Below, one piece after another: positions 1-8,236 of a stretch of 64,000 bases of DNA; within the stretch, counting starts at the first letter, position 1; the number at the start of each line of letters is the position of its first letter. The translations under genes were made by a program, and so were the position numbers. The stretch covers positions 8,232 to 72,231 of the forward strand of contig JAPLVK010000013.1 of NCBI GenBank assembly GCA_026397175.1. The letters run 5' to 3'. The stretch comes from Candidatus Berkelbacteria bacterium (GTDB lineage Bacteria > Patescibacteriota > UBA1384 > DTJR01). The notes under the pieces are model-generated. The model was not told the origin of the DNA. It made no database searches and worked only from the letters and a program-made list of their open reading frames with translations.

Positions 1-196
1 GAGTTTTATTGATTGATTTTGAATCAAAAATCAAATCCGATTCTTTCTCTAAAATAACTGCCGCACAAACCAAAGGACCGGCCAATGCGCCTCGGCCGGC
101 CTCATCAATTCCGCAAATATATTTAAACCCATTTTTTAAGAGCTCTCTTTCTCTATCCAGAGTGGGCACAGAGCTATCCCTTTTTTTCATCTAAAT

Positions 197-385
197 TTAT
201 GAAGGTCTGGTTGGCTCCGGTGGTACCGGTGGACTTCCAATGTCTGATGACTGCGAAGTACCCGAGCTATCATCAATCACGGCGCTATCAGCGTTATCTG
301 TGTTGCTGGATGATTTTCCAAATTGGCAGCCGCTAAATGCAAATAATACAGCGACGATACCTAGGGCAAACATTGTTTTCTTCAT
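197..385 (-). CDS. small secreted lipoprotein (signal peptide plus lipobox FSGC)
   Basis: N-terminus MKKTMFALGIVAVLFAFSGCQ is a typical lipoprotein signal; Ser/Pro-rich mature part. Confidence 0.45.
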   Translation of the reverse strand: MKKTMFALGIVAVLFAFSGCQFGKSSSNTDNADSAVIDDSSGTSQSSDIGSPPVPPEPTRPS

Positions 386-441
386 GAATTCCTCCTTTCA
401 TAATCATTTTAACATTTAACGAATTTTATTGCCAATTTAAA

Positions 442-771
442 TTAAGCAATTAGGTTTAAAATTAAGTAGATTACAAAAATTAAGTTTGAAATTAAAAAAA
501 CAGCAAATATGGTTCTTGAAGTTCTAGGGGTTGGTTGAAGATAAAAAAAGAAGGTTGATATTAAGTTGATTGCAACGAAAAGCGTTAATAAGTGGGGGGC
601 AAAAAATGAGAGAACTAATGCGATTAAGTATAAAAAGCCAAGAACTTTTTGCCAGAAAAAGAATCCCTCGCGTTTGAATAATTTTGTTTTGATTCTGCCT
701 ATAGCTAACAAGACCGCTCTGGCAAATGCCAAAACTCCGATTATGTTTATCGATAAAATTAAGATAATCAT
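442..771 (-). CDS. hypothetical small membrane protein (about 3 TM helices)
   Basis: ORF with hydrophobic helices; starts directly after the hairpin at 781-807; no clear SD. Confidence 0.3.
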   Translation of the reverse strand: MIILILSINIIGVLAFARAVLLAIGRIKTKLFKREGFFFWQKVLGFLYLIALVLSFFAPHLLTLFVAINLISTFFFYLQPTPRTSRTIFAVFLISNLIFVIYLILNLIA

Positions 772-780
772 TTTTGTCCA

Positions 781-807
781 AGAAAGGGCCGTTCAACGGC
801 CCTTTCT
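781..807. terminator. perfect 11-bp stem / 5-nt loop hairpin (agaaagggccg ttcaa cggccctttct) between two minus-strand ORFs; terminator or attenuator-like
   Basis: inverted repeat read directly from the sequence. Confidence 0.4.
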
Positions 808-817
808 TCATACAAAT

Positions 818-979
818 TTATTCTGCGGCTGGTTTTTCAGCTTCTTCGGGTTTTTTTTCTCCACCCTCTTCGCCCGTTTCTTCTTCGTCATCTGCTTCTG
901 CTGCTGGCGCTGGAGCCCCCCATGCTGGAGTTGCTTGTGTGCCTTCCTCTTTCTCTTCTGGTTTTGTTGTGTCGTCCAT
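818..979 (-). CDS. small acidic protein (53 aa, MDDTTKPEEKEEG...EEAEKPAAE), below the ORF-track cutoff
   Basis: manual translation; strong SD GGAGGAGG 7 nt upstream of the ATG at 979; followed by the hairpin at 781-807. Confidence 0.4.
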   Translation of the reverse strand: MDDTTKPEEKEEGTQATPAWGAPAPAAEADDEEETGEEGGEKKPEEAEKPAAE

Positions 980-1170
980 TTTATTCACCTCCTCCCAATT
1001 TTTTTCATTTACTTTTTACAAATTAATTATAACCGCAAATAAAAACAATAAACACCTCTTTGTCAAGACCGAAATAGCACAAGGTATTGATTATTTTGGC
1101 AAAAGAGGTATATTTCGAGCAAGATCATTTCGCACCCATTGACATTACAGGAAGAAAGAGAGGCGCAAAA

Positions 1171-1611
1171 ATGGCTAGCACAACTCGTGCGGAGGCGTAT
1201 TACCGCGAGCTTCTGGAGGGGAGGTATGCATACCCGGTTGATGGTTTGTTGGTGATGATTGAGGAGATCGAGGGTCGTGATGAAATCGACCCCAACACAC
1301 AGGGTCAAGCTATGTTGTCCGCATTACTCCAGAACTGGGCCTTTTCAGTAGCTCATTGTGCGTGCCATGATCTGTCTATGGATGGTGGTAAGCGGCTCCT
1401 GGCTGCTGCCATGAAGGTTCAGGGCTCCGGGACTCTTTCCCCACATATCCTTGACTGCGCGATAGTCGTACTTGGTCCGGATCTGCTTGAGGCCCTTTTT
1501 GAGGCCAGGCAATTTCCGGGCTGGATGCTGTCTCGCATCGATCTCGAGGGAATGCCGCCATATCTAATCACCACGGGTATGATTCCCGGCGATGACATGG
1601 TGGAGGGCTAA
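1171..1611 (+). CDS. hypothetical protein encoded in a GC-rich (~55%) island, probably horizontally acquired
   Basis: ORF MASTTRAEAYYRELLEG...; GC content contrasts sharply with the flanking DNA; followed by a GC-rich terminator. Confidence 0.55.
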   Translation: MASTTRAEAYYRELLEGRYAYPVDGLLVMIEEIEGRDEIDPNTQGQAMLSALLQNWAFSVAHCACHDLSMDGGKRLLAAAMKVQGSGTLSPHILDCAIVVLGPDLLEALFEARQFPGWMLSRIDLEGMPPYLITTGMIPGDDMVEG

Positions 1612-1630
1612 GGGTCCAAGATAGGGTTTC

Positions 1631-1670
1631 GGGGTGGTCTGACAATTGTCAGACCACCCCATTTGTTTTT
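1631..1670 (+). terminator. rho-independent terminator (ggggtggtctgac aatt gtcagaccacccc followed by atttgttttt)
   Basis: perfect 13-bp stem followed by a T-run. Confidence 0.7.
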
Positions 1671-2490
1671 AAAACAATTTTCCTTCCAGATGAGGTTCTT
1701 TTTTGTCGGACTCGAGCTTTGTTTCTAGATCTTTTTTGTCTATTTCTATTTTTTGCGATTGAAACCGATACTTGCAATAATCACAGTTCTCATTACGATC
1801 GGGGATCAAATCACTTTTTAGACATTTATGCGCTTCGATTAATTTTGGCTCAATCCATTTATCGTCTCCATTATAGGGAATCAGTTCAATATCAAACTCA
1901 AGTTTTGCATCAAAGGCCTTCCTATCTTTCAGAGCGTTGCAGTAAACAAAATATCCGGTTTTGGAGACATTAAAACCGTTTTGCCTAAACAACCATTGAT
2001 AAATTTCAAGCTGGCGTTTGTAGCTCGCCTTCCATTGATCTTCCATATCTATTTTGCCTTCCTTGCTGGTGGCCTTGTAATCAACCACAATGAATTCGTC
2101 TTTGTCGTTGATCCAGAGGTCGTCAATACCACCATAAAATTCTATATTGGTCGGCTTGTGCAAAAATTTAATACCCTTAAAAACCTCGCGCCATTCATTC
2201 AATTTTTCGTGGGTTACGGGTCGCGCGTTGACGGAATATTTAGCAAGTAGGGGATGGGTCTCGCCTTTGGCTCGATGGATATCAAACTCCTTTTTTAAAA
2301 GTGTGTCAACGGCAGAATTTAAGGTAAAAGATGGTGTCGGGGGCGGCGCGATTCCGAGCCGTTTATCTAAATAAAAGCATCTTGGGCATCTGACAAATAA
2401 TTCAAGTCCAGATCTGCTCATTCTGTATGGCTCTTTTGATTTTGGGTCAAAATTGTATTTTGCCGGCTTTGGCGGGTTATAATATCCCAT
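1669..2490 (-). CDS. PD-(D/E)xK nuclease, Cas4/RecB-like with Fe-S cysteines, standalone with no CRISPR locus
   Basis: N-terminal RCPRCFY; IDDL...VVDYK (D...D/ExK); QLEIY (QxxxY motif); C-terminal C-x(n)-CDYC cysteine cluster. Confidence 0.65.
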   Translation of the reverse strand: MGYYNPPKPAKYNFDPKSKEPYRMSRSGLELFVRCPRCFYLDKRLGIAPPPTPSFTLNSAVDTLLKKEFDIHRAKGETHPLLAKYSVNARPVTHEKLNEWREVFKGIKFLHKPTNIEFYGGIDDLWINDKDEFIVVDYKATSKEGKIDMEDQWKASYKRQLEIYQWLFRQNGFNVSKTGYFVYCNALKDRKAFDAKLEFDIELIPYNGDDKWIEPKLIEAHKCLKSDLIPDRNENCDYCKYRFQSQKIEIDKKDLETKLESDKKEPHLEGKLF

Positions 2491-2612
2491 TTTTTTTAAT
2501 AATTATTTGTTTCTACGATAATAGGTTATATCTTTTTTTTAGTTTGAGCAAATTCAAAAGAAAGATGTAAATATTGAATTTTTTTAAATTTTCGGTTAAT
2601 ATAAACCTGTTT

Positions 2613-2686
2613 TCCCGGGTCGTCTAGTGGCAGGACAGCTGGTTTTGGTCCAGCTAACCGGGGTTCGAATCCCTGCCCGGGAACCA
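2613..2686 (+). tRNA. tRNA-Gln (anticodon TTG), CCA encoded
   Basis: cloverleaf folded by hand: acceptor TCCCGGG/CCCGGGA, anticodon stem GCTGG/CCAGC, loop TTTTGGT, T-stem CGGGG/CCCTG with GTTCGAAT loop. Confidence 0.85.
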
Positions 2687-2807
2687 AACCATATGTATCC
2701 ACGAAGTGGATAGTTATGGTTTGGTGGAGAGAAGGGATTTGAAAGGCGCAGGCCCGACGGGGCCGAGCCGGGGTCGCGAAATCCGCCAGCAGGCGGATAT
2801 TTGTGAC

Positions 2808-2828
2808 CGAATCCCTGCCCGGGAACCA
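2808..2828 (+). repeat. 21-nt direct repeat of the tRNA-Gln 3' end (cgaatccctgcccgggaacca); att-like scar
   Basis: exact duplicate of 2666-2686, located 142 bp downstream. Confidence 0.6.
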
Positions 2829-2929
2829 TTCGACTCACCTCGTTCGCTCATGGTCTTTGACCGTTCAATGGATTCACAGTAAACCATGAAGCTAAAGGAT
2901 ATGTTTTTAAAAAATAGGATAATAAAAAT

Positions 2930-3370
2930 ATGCAAATATCAAGTCCGGCGTTTAAGGATGGGGAAGAACTCCCCGAGAAATATACTTGTCGCGGAGAAGG
3001 AATTAATCCGCCTCTTATTATCTCTGATGTTCCAAGTAACGCTGTCGAGCTAGTTTTAATTTTGGATGATCCGGATGCCCCTTCAGGCAATTTTAATCAT
3101 TGGGTTGTAATAAACATAGATCTCAAAGTTAACAATATCTTAGAAAACTCCTTGCCAAAAGGCGCAGTAGAAGGTTTAAACAGCGCATCAAAATCGGGAT
3201 ATGTCGCTCCTTGTCCGCCTTCCGGAATTCATCATTATTGCTTTTCTCTTTATGCGCTAGACAGCAAATTAAATCTTTCGTCTCCCGCAAATCGAGATAG
3301 TGTTCTAAAATCAATGGAGTCCCACATAATTTTACGAGCTAATTTAGTTGGGCTTTGTAAGGCCAAGTAA
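2930..3370 (+). CDS. YbhB/YbcL-family PEBP (Raf kinase inhibitor-like) protein
   Basis: DPDAPSG...HW and CPPSGIHHY signatures of the bacterial PEBP family. Confidence 0.8.
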   Translation: MQISSPAFKDGEELPEKYTCRGEGINPPLIISDVPSNAVELVLILDDPDAPSGNFNHWVVINIDLKVNNILENSLPKGAVEGLNSASKSGYVAPCPPSGIHHYCFSLYALDSKLNLSSPANRDSVLKSMESHIILRANLVGLCKAK

Positions 3371-3446
3371 CTTAAACTTGTGTGTTCGGATTGATTTATT
3401 CGGAATTTTATGTTAATTTTAACTATCAAATTATTTAAATTATAAA

Positions 3447-4508
3447 ATGCAAAGTCCACCTGTTGTCGCAATTATTGGACGGCCGAATGTCGGCAAATCA
3501 ACGCTGTTTAATCGTCTCGTCGGAAAACGAGAGGCGATTGTTGCCTATGAAGCAGGAACAACCAGAGATAGGGTTATGGCGGAAGTCGAGTGGAACAATA
3601 AAAAGTTTATTTTATTTGATACCGCCGGGCTAATTTTGGATTTTTTTGGGTTTGATGAGGCCGAAATAGAAAAGAAAGCTCAAGAAAAAATCAACGATGT
3701 ACTTTCCGATTCAGACATTATTCTTTTGGTTTTGGATCAGCAAAGCGGTGTAACGGCTGAAGATGAGGAAATTGCAAAAAAGATTCGAAAATTAAACAAA
3801 AGAGTAATCGTAGTTTTTAATAAATCCGATAGCTTGTCACACGAAGAAAGTTCATCTTTACAAAATACATTGGGATTTAAGGAATCAATGGCTGTTTCGG
3901 CGATTAGCGGGCGCAGAACCGGCCAGCTTCTGGATTATTTAACTAATGACTTTATTGAGCCAGAAAAACCATCGACAAAAAGTCCCAAAATATCAATAAT
4001 CGGAAGACCAAATGTCGGCAAGTCAACACTGTTTAATGTACTGGCGGGATCTGATGTTGCTATCGTTAGCGACACATCCGGAACCACACGAGATCTCGTT
4101 AAAGTTAAAACAGATATTTTAAAATCAAACGACGATGTGCCGATTGAATTAATAGACACGGCCGGATTTCGCAAAAGAGGCAAGATAAAACCCGGAATCG
4201 AAAAATTTTCTGTGATTAGATCTGTTGAAGCGATTTATAAATCAGATCTATCATTATTGGTTGTTGATGCAGCAGAAGGGTTTTCGAGGCCTGACGCGCA
4301 TTTGGCACAACTCGCACTGGACAAAAAAACAAAGATAATAATTGTTTTAAATAAAATTGATTTGTTAAAAAATCAAACAAAAGATGAGATTAAAAACCTG
4401 AATAAGTTTTATTTTTTGACTAAACTTACGATGGTTGCCGTATCTGCAAAAAACAAACTAAATATCGAGCTGTTAATTTCAGAAATTATACGAACCCTTA
4501 AAGATTAA
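3447..4508 (+). CDS. der: ribosome-biogenesis GTPase Der/EngA with two G domains and no C-terminal KH domain
   Basis: two GRPNVGKSTLFN P-loops, two DTAG motifs, NKxD; 353 aa ends right after GD2. Confidence 0.85.
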   Translation: MQSPPVVAIIGRPNVGKSTLFNRLVGKREAIVAYEAGTTRDRVMAEVEWNNKKFILFDTAGLILDFFGFDEAEIEKKAQEKINDVLSDSDIILLVLDQQSGVTAEDEEIAKKIRKLNKRVIVVFNKSDSLSHEESSSLQNTLGFKESMAVSAISGRRTGQLLDYLTNDFIEPEKPSTKSPKISIIGRPNVGKSTLFNVLAGSDVAIVSDTSGTTRDLVKVKTDILKSNDDVPIELIDTAGFRKRGKIKPGIEKFSVIRSVEAIYKSDLSLLVVDAAEGFSRPDAHLAQLALDKKTKIIIVLNKIDLLKNQTKDEIKNLNKFYFLTKLTMVAVSAKNKLNIELLISEIIRTLKD

Positions 4509-4510
4509 AT

Positions 4511-5128
4511 TTAATAATTTACTGCGGCGAAGGCCTTCATGGAATCAAGAGGCAAGAGGCGAACCCAAACGCGACTTACGAGATTATCAAGCGGGATCGG
4601 ACCTAATTCTCTCGAATCGCGAGAGTGATTGCGGTTATCGCCAAAAACATAATATTCCTTCTCGCCCAATGTGATTTTTTCCTGATTGCCTTGGGATAGC
4701 GCGGTTTGTTCGTCGGAATTTAAATATTTTTCCGTAAGTTCGTTTGAATTTACAAATATCGATCCGTCTTTAATTTCGATTGTATCTCCTGGGAGGCCAA
4801 TAATTCTCTTAATATAATTGACGCTCGTATTGTCCGGCGGATGAAAAATAACGATTTCTCCTCTTTCCGGAGTTCTAAACTTATAAGTTACTTTTTCGGT
4901 AATTAGATAATCGTTATTGTGAAAAGTCGGCTCCATGGATTGTCCTTCAACGATAAACGGCTGAATTATAAAGACCCTGATTATAAACGCTAAAATAACA
5001 ACGATGACGATGGTTTTTACAAAATCAAATAGAGCCAAAAAAAACGATCCGACAGCTGAAGCTTTGGGTGTTTTTTCTTCCGGTTCGTCTTCTTCAAAAT
5101 AATTTTGATCTTTTTGATCTTTGTCCAT
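4511..5128 (-). CDS. lepB: signal peptidase I
   Basis: N-terminal TM helix; GQSMEPTF (catalytic Ser box); GDNRNHSRDSR box E. Confidence 0.85.
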   Translation of the reverse strand: MDKDQKDQNYFEEDEPEEKTPKASAVGSFFLALFDFVKTIVIVVILAFIIRVFIIQPFIVEGQSMEPTFHNNDYLITEKVTYKFRTPERGEIVIFHPPDNTSVNYIKRIIGLPGDTIEIKDGSIFVNSNELTEKYLNSDEQTALSQGNQEKITLGEKEYYVFGDNRNHSRDSRELGPIPLDNLVSRVWVRLLPLDSMKAFAAVNY

Positions 5129-5189
5129 TGTTTTATTTTAGCAGATAGTTAAGAATAATGTAGTTTCGATCAACTTGTCACGGGCAAGC

Positions 5190-6017
5190 TTAAGATAACA
5201 ATCTTTTCTTCTTTGGTAAGAAATTGTCTTTTGATACTACAGATCGACCGAGGCGCCTTTCCAACTTCTTTCTTGCTCCACCGGCAATATCACCGCCGGC
5301 TTTGGCATCAGATTTTAATTTATTCAGACCTTTAGAGTTTTCATTGCGATGAATTTCTGAAGTGGAACGCTCGCCAAGCATTGTAAATATCAACTCAAAA
5401 TCATCCATGTGGTCGCGCAGATTTTCTCTTTTAATCCCTTTAATAAGTTTTTTGTACTGGCTTGGCGTAACGCCAAATGCGGCCTTCGAGATTTCGGCGG
5501 TAAGGATTGCATAATCTTTTTGTTGTTTTGCGCCGCGTTTATCCCATTCATCTGTTAATTCCTCGCGAATAACAATGCCACGCATTCGGTTTTCGATCCA
5601 ATCGTCAGGATAACCCTTGGCGCGATATAGCGCTCGTGTTCGCTTCATGCCAAGTTCAGGATCGTCAATTTCCTGAACTCGTTCATAACCAACTTTTGCC
5701 AACCAGCGTTTAAATGGCTCTGCCTTTGGCGAAGTAATTGATTGAATAATGCGAAAGAGTCCTTCGGTATTAGAACAAAGCATCTTTTGTTTGCCACCTT
5801 CCGTTGGTACTTCAAGGGTATGTACAATTCGTACCCACCCTTTAGTTAGTTCTACATCACGCTGTTTCATGCGTTGGATATACTGCTTTGGATCGCTTGA
5901 ATCAATAAGTGCCAGAACAACATCTTCTACCACAAACCACCACTCGTTTTTGTAGATTGCTCGCCGAATTTCTTTTTTCTGAAAAATTGCAATTTTGTTT
6001 ATAAATTTCTCTGTCAT
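5190..6017 (-). CDS. Bro-N domain protein (DinD / phage antirepressor-like)
   Basis: N-terminus IFQKKEIRRAIYKNEWWFVVEDVVLAL resembles Bro-N; basic C-terminal half; sits next to a tRNA. Confidence 0.6.
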   Translation of the reverse strand: MTEKFINKIAIFQKKEIRRAIYKNEWWFVVEDVVLALIDSSDPKQYIQRMKQRDVELTKGWVRIVHTLEVPTEGGKQKMLCSNTEGLFRIIQSITSPKAEPFKRWLAKVGYERVQEIDDPELGMKRTRALYRAKGYPDDWIENRMRGIVIREELTDEWDKRGAKQQKDYAILTAEISKAAFGVTPSQYKKLIKGIKRENLRDHMDDFELIFTMLGERSTSEIHRNENSKGLNKLKSDAKAGGDIAGGARKKLERRLGRSVVSKDNFLPKKKRLLS

Positions 6018-6120
6018 TTTAGCTCCCGGTATTTAAATTACTCAAAATCCACCGATACTTATTTTGACAATTTGATGATCTCAAATTAAAAAAAGAAATT
6101 CAAACTTGCATTTTCCTATC

Positions 6121-6195
6121 TGGTGGTCGCTACTGGATTTGAACCAGTGACATTACGGATGTGAACCGTACGCTCTACCGCTGAGCTAAGCGACC
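6121..6195 (-). tRNA. tRNA-Val (anticodon CAC), CCA encoded
   Basis: reverse complement GGTCGCTTAGCTCAGCGGTAGAGCG...TTCACAT loop...GGTTCAAATCC...AGCGACCACCA folds as a cloverleaf. Confidence 0.85.
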
Positions 6196-6242
6196 ATAGT
6201 GATTATATTTACACTTTATAATTATTACAGAACTTACGCAAT

Positions 6243-6422
6243 GTAGACCAGACCTTCTTGTTGATAACACACTTAAAGTATGGGCTACGAAGTCCCTGTA
6301 GTCCAAGCTTCAGCTTGTTGGATAGCACGATAAATCGTGGGTTACAGATTCTCTGTAGCTCAAGCTTCAGCATGTTTTCTCACACTAAAGCGTGGGCTAC
6401 GAAATCCGAAATCATGGGCTAC
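6243..6422. repeat. BIME/REP-like array, locus A: alternating 16-nt palindromic arms (gtagtccaagctttag / ctaaagtgtggactac variants) with short linkers
   Basis: arms and linkers read directly; same family as 12407-12555; both start with ccagacctt. Confidence 0.7.
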
Positions 6423-6724
6423 ATTTAACCATCGCATTGACAGCTTACGCTCATCTTGAAGGCGAGAACAAGAAAAATTCTAAATATCAGGATTTTGGAA
6501 CTTCAAACGAAGATAGCGCTGCAGAGTTTGAAGTGTTCGAGGAAAAGCAAGCCATAATGCGAGATATCACCAAGGACTTAAAAAAACTTAAAGCGGCTCT
6601 TTTGAGGATTAAAAATAAAACTTATGGAAAGTGCCTGAAGTGTAAAAGTACCATCGAGATTGGACGGCTGAAAGTTTATCCGGAGGCCTCATATTGCGCG
6701 ACACATGGTAAAGAAGAAAAGTAA
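6392..6724 (+). CDS. DksA/TraR-family C4 zinc-finger protein; the start is uncertain (ORF-track GTG start lies inside the repeat array; alternatives TTG at 6437 or ATG at 6557)
   Basis: C-terminus YGKCLKCKSTIEIGRLKVYPEASYCATH is a DksA/TraR C4 finger. Confidence 0.5.
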   Translation: MGYEIRNHGLHLTIALTAYAHLEGENKKNSKYQDFGTSNEDSAAEFEVFEEKQAIMRDITKDLKKLKAALLRIKNKTYGKCLKCKSTIEIGRLKVYPEASYCATHGKEEK

Positions 6725-7124
6725 ATTTTTCCTCTTAGTGGTTCTGTTTGTTTTGGTTGACCAAATATCGAAGTATTTTGTTATATCAAAATTTTTTTAT
6801 CTCTCTTCGATTAATGTAAATGCGTCGTTTAGTTTACCACTTAAAAATATCGCGATGATATACATATCAGTCGTGCTGTTGATATTTTTTGTTTTCGTTT
6901 ACGCCTTTTATATAAAGAGATATTTTAAGGCCGAGTTTGAAACTACAATGATTTTAAGCGGTGCTTTTAGCAATTTACTAGATCGTTTCGCGAGACACGG
7001 GGTTATTGATTTTATAAATTTAAAAATATGGCCGAGTTTTAATCTTGCGGATATTCTAATTACAACAGGATCGATCCTGCTTATTTATAAGATATTATTT
7101 GCGCTAAAACAAAAAGAAAATTAG
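6705..7124 (+). CDS. lspA: lipoprotein signal peptidase II
   Basis: 4 TM helices; LDRFARHGVIDFI and FNLADI conserved motifs. Confidence 0.8.
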   Translation: MVKKKSKFFLLVVLFVLVDQISKYFVISKFFYLSSINVNASFSLPLKNIAMIYISVVLLIFFVFVYAFYIKRYFKAEFETTMILSGAFSNLLDRFARHGVIDFINLKIWPSFNLADILITTGSILLIYKILFALKQKEN

Positions 7125-7468
7125 GCCCTTGCTTTCTCTACGACTTTTTTAAATTCCTCGGGGGAGTCCTGGGCTAGTTGAGACAATTCTTTTCTGTTAA
7201 TTTTAATTTTTTTGGCAGTCAATCCCTTGATAAATAAATTGTATTTAATCCCGTTTGCCATACAGGCCGCGTTGAGCCGAACAATCCAAAGAGATCTAAA
7301 AGCCCTTTTCTTTAACCGACGCGACTTATATCTGTTCGCATCCGCTTTTTGGACCGCTTGTTTGGCAACTCTAATAAGGTTCTTTCTTGTGTGGCGGTAA
7401 CCCTTTGTTTTGGCTAACACGGATTTATGTTTAGCCCGCGTAGTTGTGCCTCTTTTTACTCTTGGCAT
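7121..7468 (-). CDS. rplT: 50S ribosomal protein L20
   Basis: MPRVKRGTTTRAKHK... Confidence 0.95.
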   Translation of the reverse strand: MPRVKRGTTTRAKHKSVLAKTKGYRHTRKNLIRVAKQAVQKADANRYKSRRLKKRAFRSLWIVRLNAACMANGIKYNLFIKGLTAKKIKINRKELSQLAQDSPEEFKKVVEKARA

Positions 7469-7674
7469 TATTTTTTCCTATAAGGTGTTAGTTTTTTCAT
7501 CTTTTCCAGGTCGGATTTTTTTATTTCAACCAAAGAACCGGATCTTTCTATAGTTCTTTTTGATTTACGGTGTACCAAATGCTGGGCGGTAGTTTTTCTT
7601 CGCAATAGTTTACCGGTGACGGTGATTTTTACCAGTCGCTTGGAGGCGGTCTTTCTTGTTTTAAGTTTTGGCAT
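7468..7674 (-). CDS. rpmI: 50S ribosomal protein L35
   Basis: MPKLKTRKTASKR... Confidence 0.9.
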   Translation of the reverse strand: MPKLKTRKTASKRLVKITVTGKLLRRKTTAQHLVHRKSKRTIERSGSLVEIKKSDLEKMKKLTPYRKK

Positions 7675-8236
7675 TTGTTCCTTCTTTTTGTACTTCTTTT
7701 TCTTTTGATTTTATGAGAAGTGCGTTAAAGCGTGTTCCAAATCTCATGGGCGTTGATTCAAATGTTAATCCGAGAATGTTTTTAAATCTCTCAATTTGCC
7801 CTAGCGCACGGCTTGCGTAAATATTTTCCCTTCCTATCATTTTGACGGTGAGTTTGATCTTATAACCCTTTTCAATAAATTTTTTCGATTGCTCAATTTT
7901 TGTATTAAAGTCGTGCTCATCGGTCTTTAGACCAAGTCGAATTTCCTTAATTTCACCAGCTTTATTGGCATGGTTTTTCTGCATCTTTTTTTCAAGCTCG
8001 TATTTAAACTTGCCGAAATCCAGTAGCTTGCAGACCGGTGGACTTGCGTTTGGACCTATTTCGACAAGGTCATAATTCCTTTCTCTGGCCATACGCAAAG
8101 CCTCACTCGTTTGGATTTTCCCAACCGAATTTCCTTCTTCGTCTATAAGAAATACTTCTGGCCTGCGAATTCCTTCGTTAACTCGATATCTGATCTTATC
8201 AGAAGCTCGATTTGTGTAACTTATTTCTGCTCCCAA
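7661..8236 (-). CDS. infC: translation initiation factor IF-3 (non-ATG start; TTG at 8236)
   Basis: IRRPEVFLIDEEGNSVG...YDLVEI; conserved infC-rpmI-rplT order. Confidence 0.9.
   Translation of the reverse strand: MGAEISYTNRASDKIRYRVNEGIRRPEVFLIDEEGNSVGKIQTSEALRMARERNYDLVEIGPNASPPVCKLLDFGKFKYELEKKMQKNHANKAGEIKEIRLGLKTDEHDFNTKIEQSKKFIEKGYKIKLTVKMIGRENIYASRALGQIERFKNILGLTFESTPMRFGTRFNALLIKSKEKEVQKEGTNAKT

Noticed and set aside
9-194. 61-aa plus-strand ORF at the window edge
   Set aside because: No RBS, low complexity, and no support.
566-1142. plus-strand ORFs 566-1042 and 774-1142 with low-complexity S/F-rich translations
   Set aside because: They are antisense to better-supported minus-strand genes (membrane protein, acidic protein with strong SD) and have no RBS.
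6243-6422. a possible CRISPR array suggested by the repeated about 16-nt elements
   Set aside because: The arms alternate in orientation, the linkers are themselves repeated rather than unique spacers, and there are no cas genes apart from a solo Cas4-like gene 4 kb away; a BIME/REP-type element fits better.
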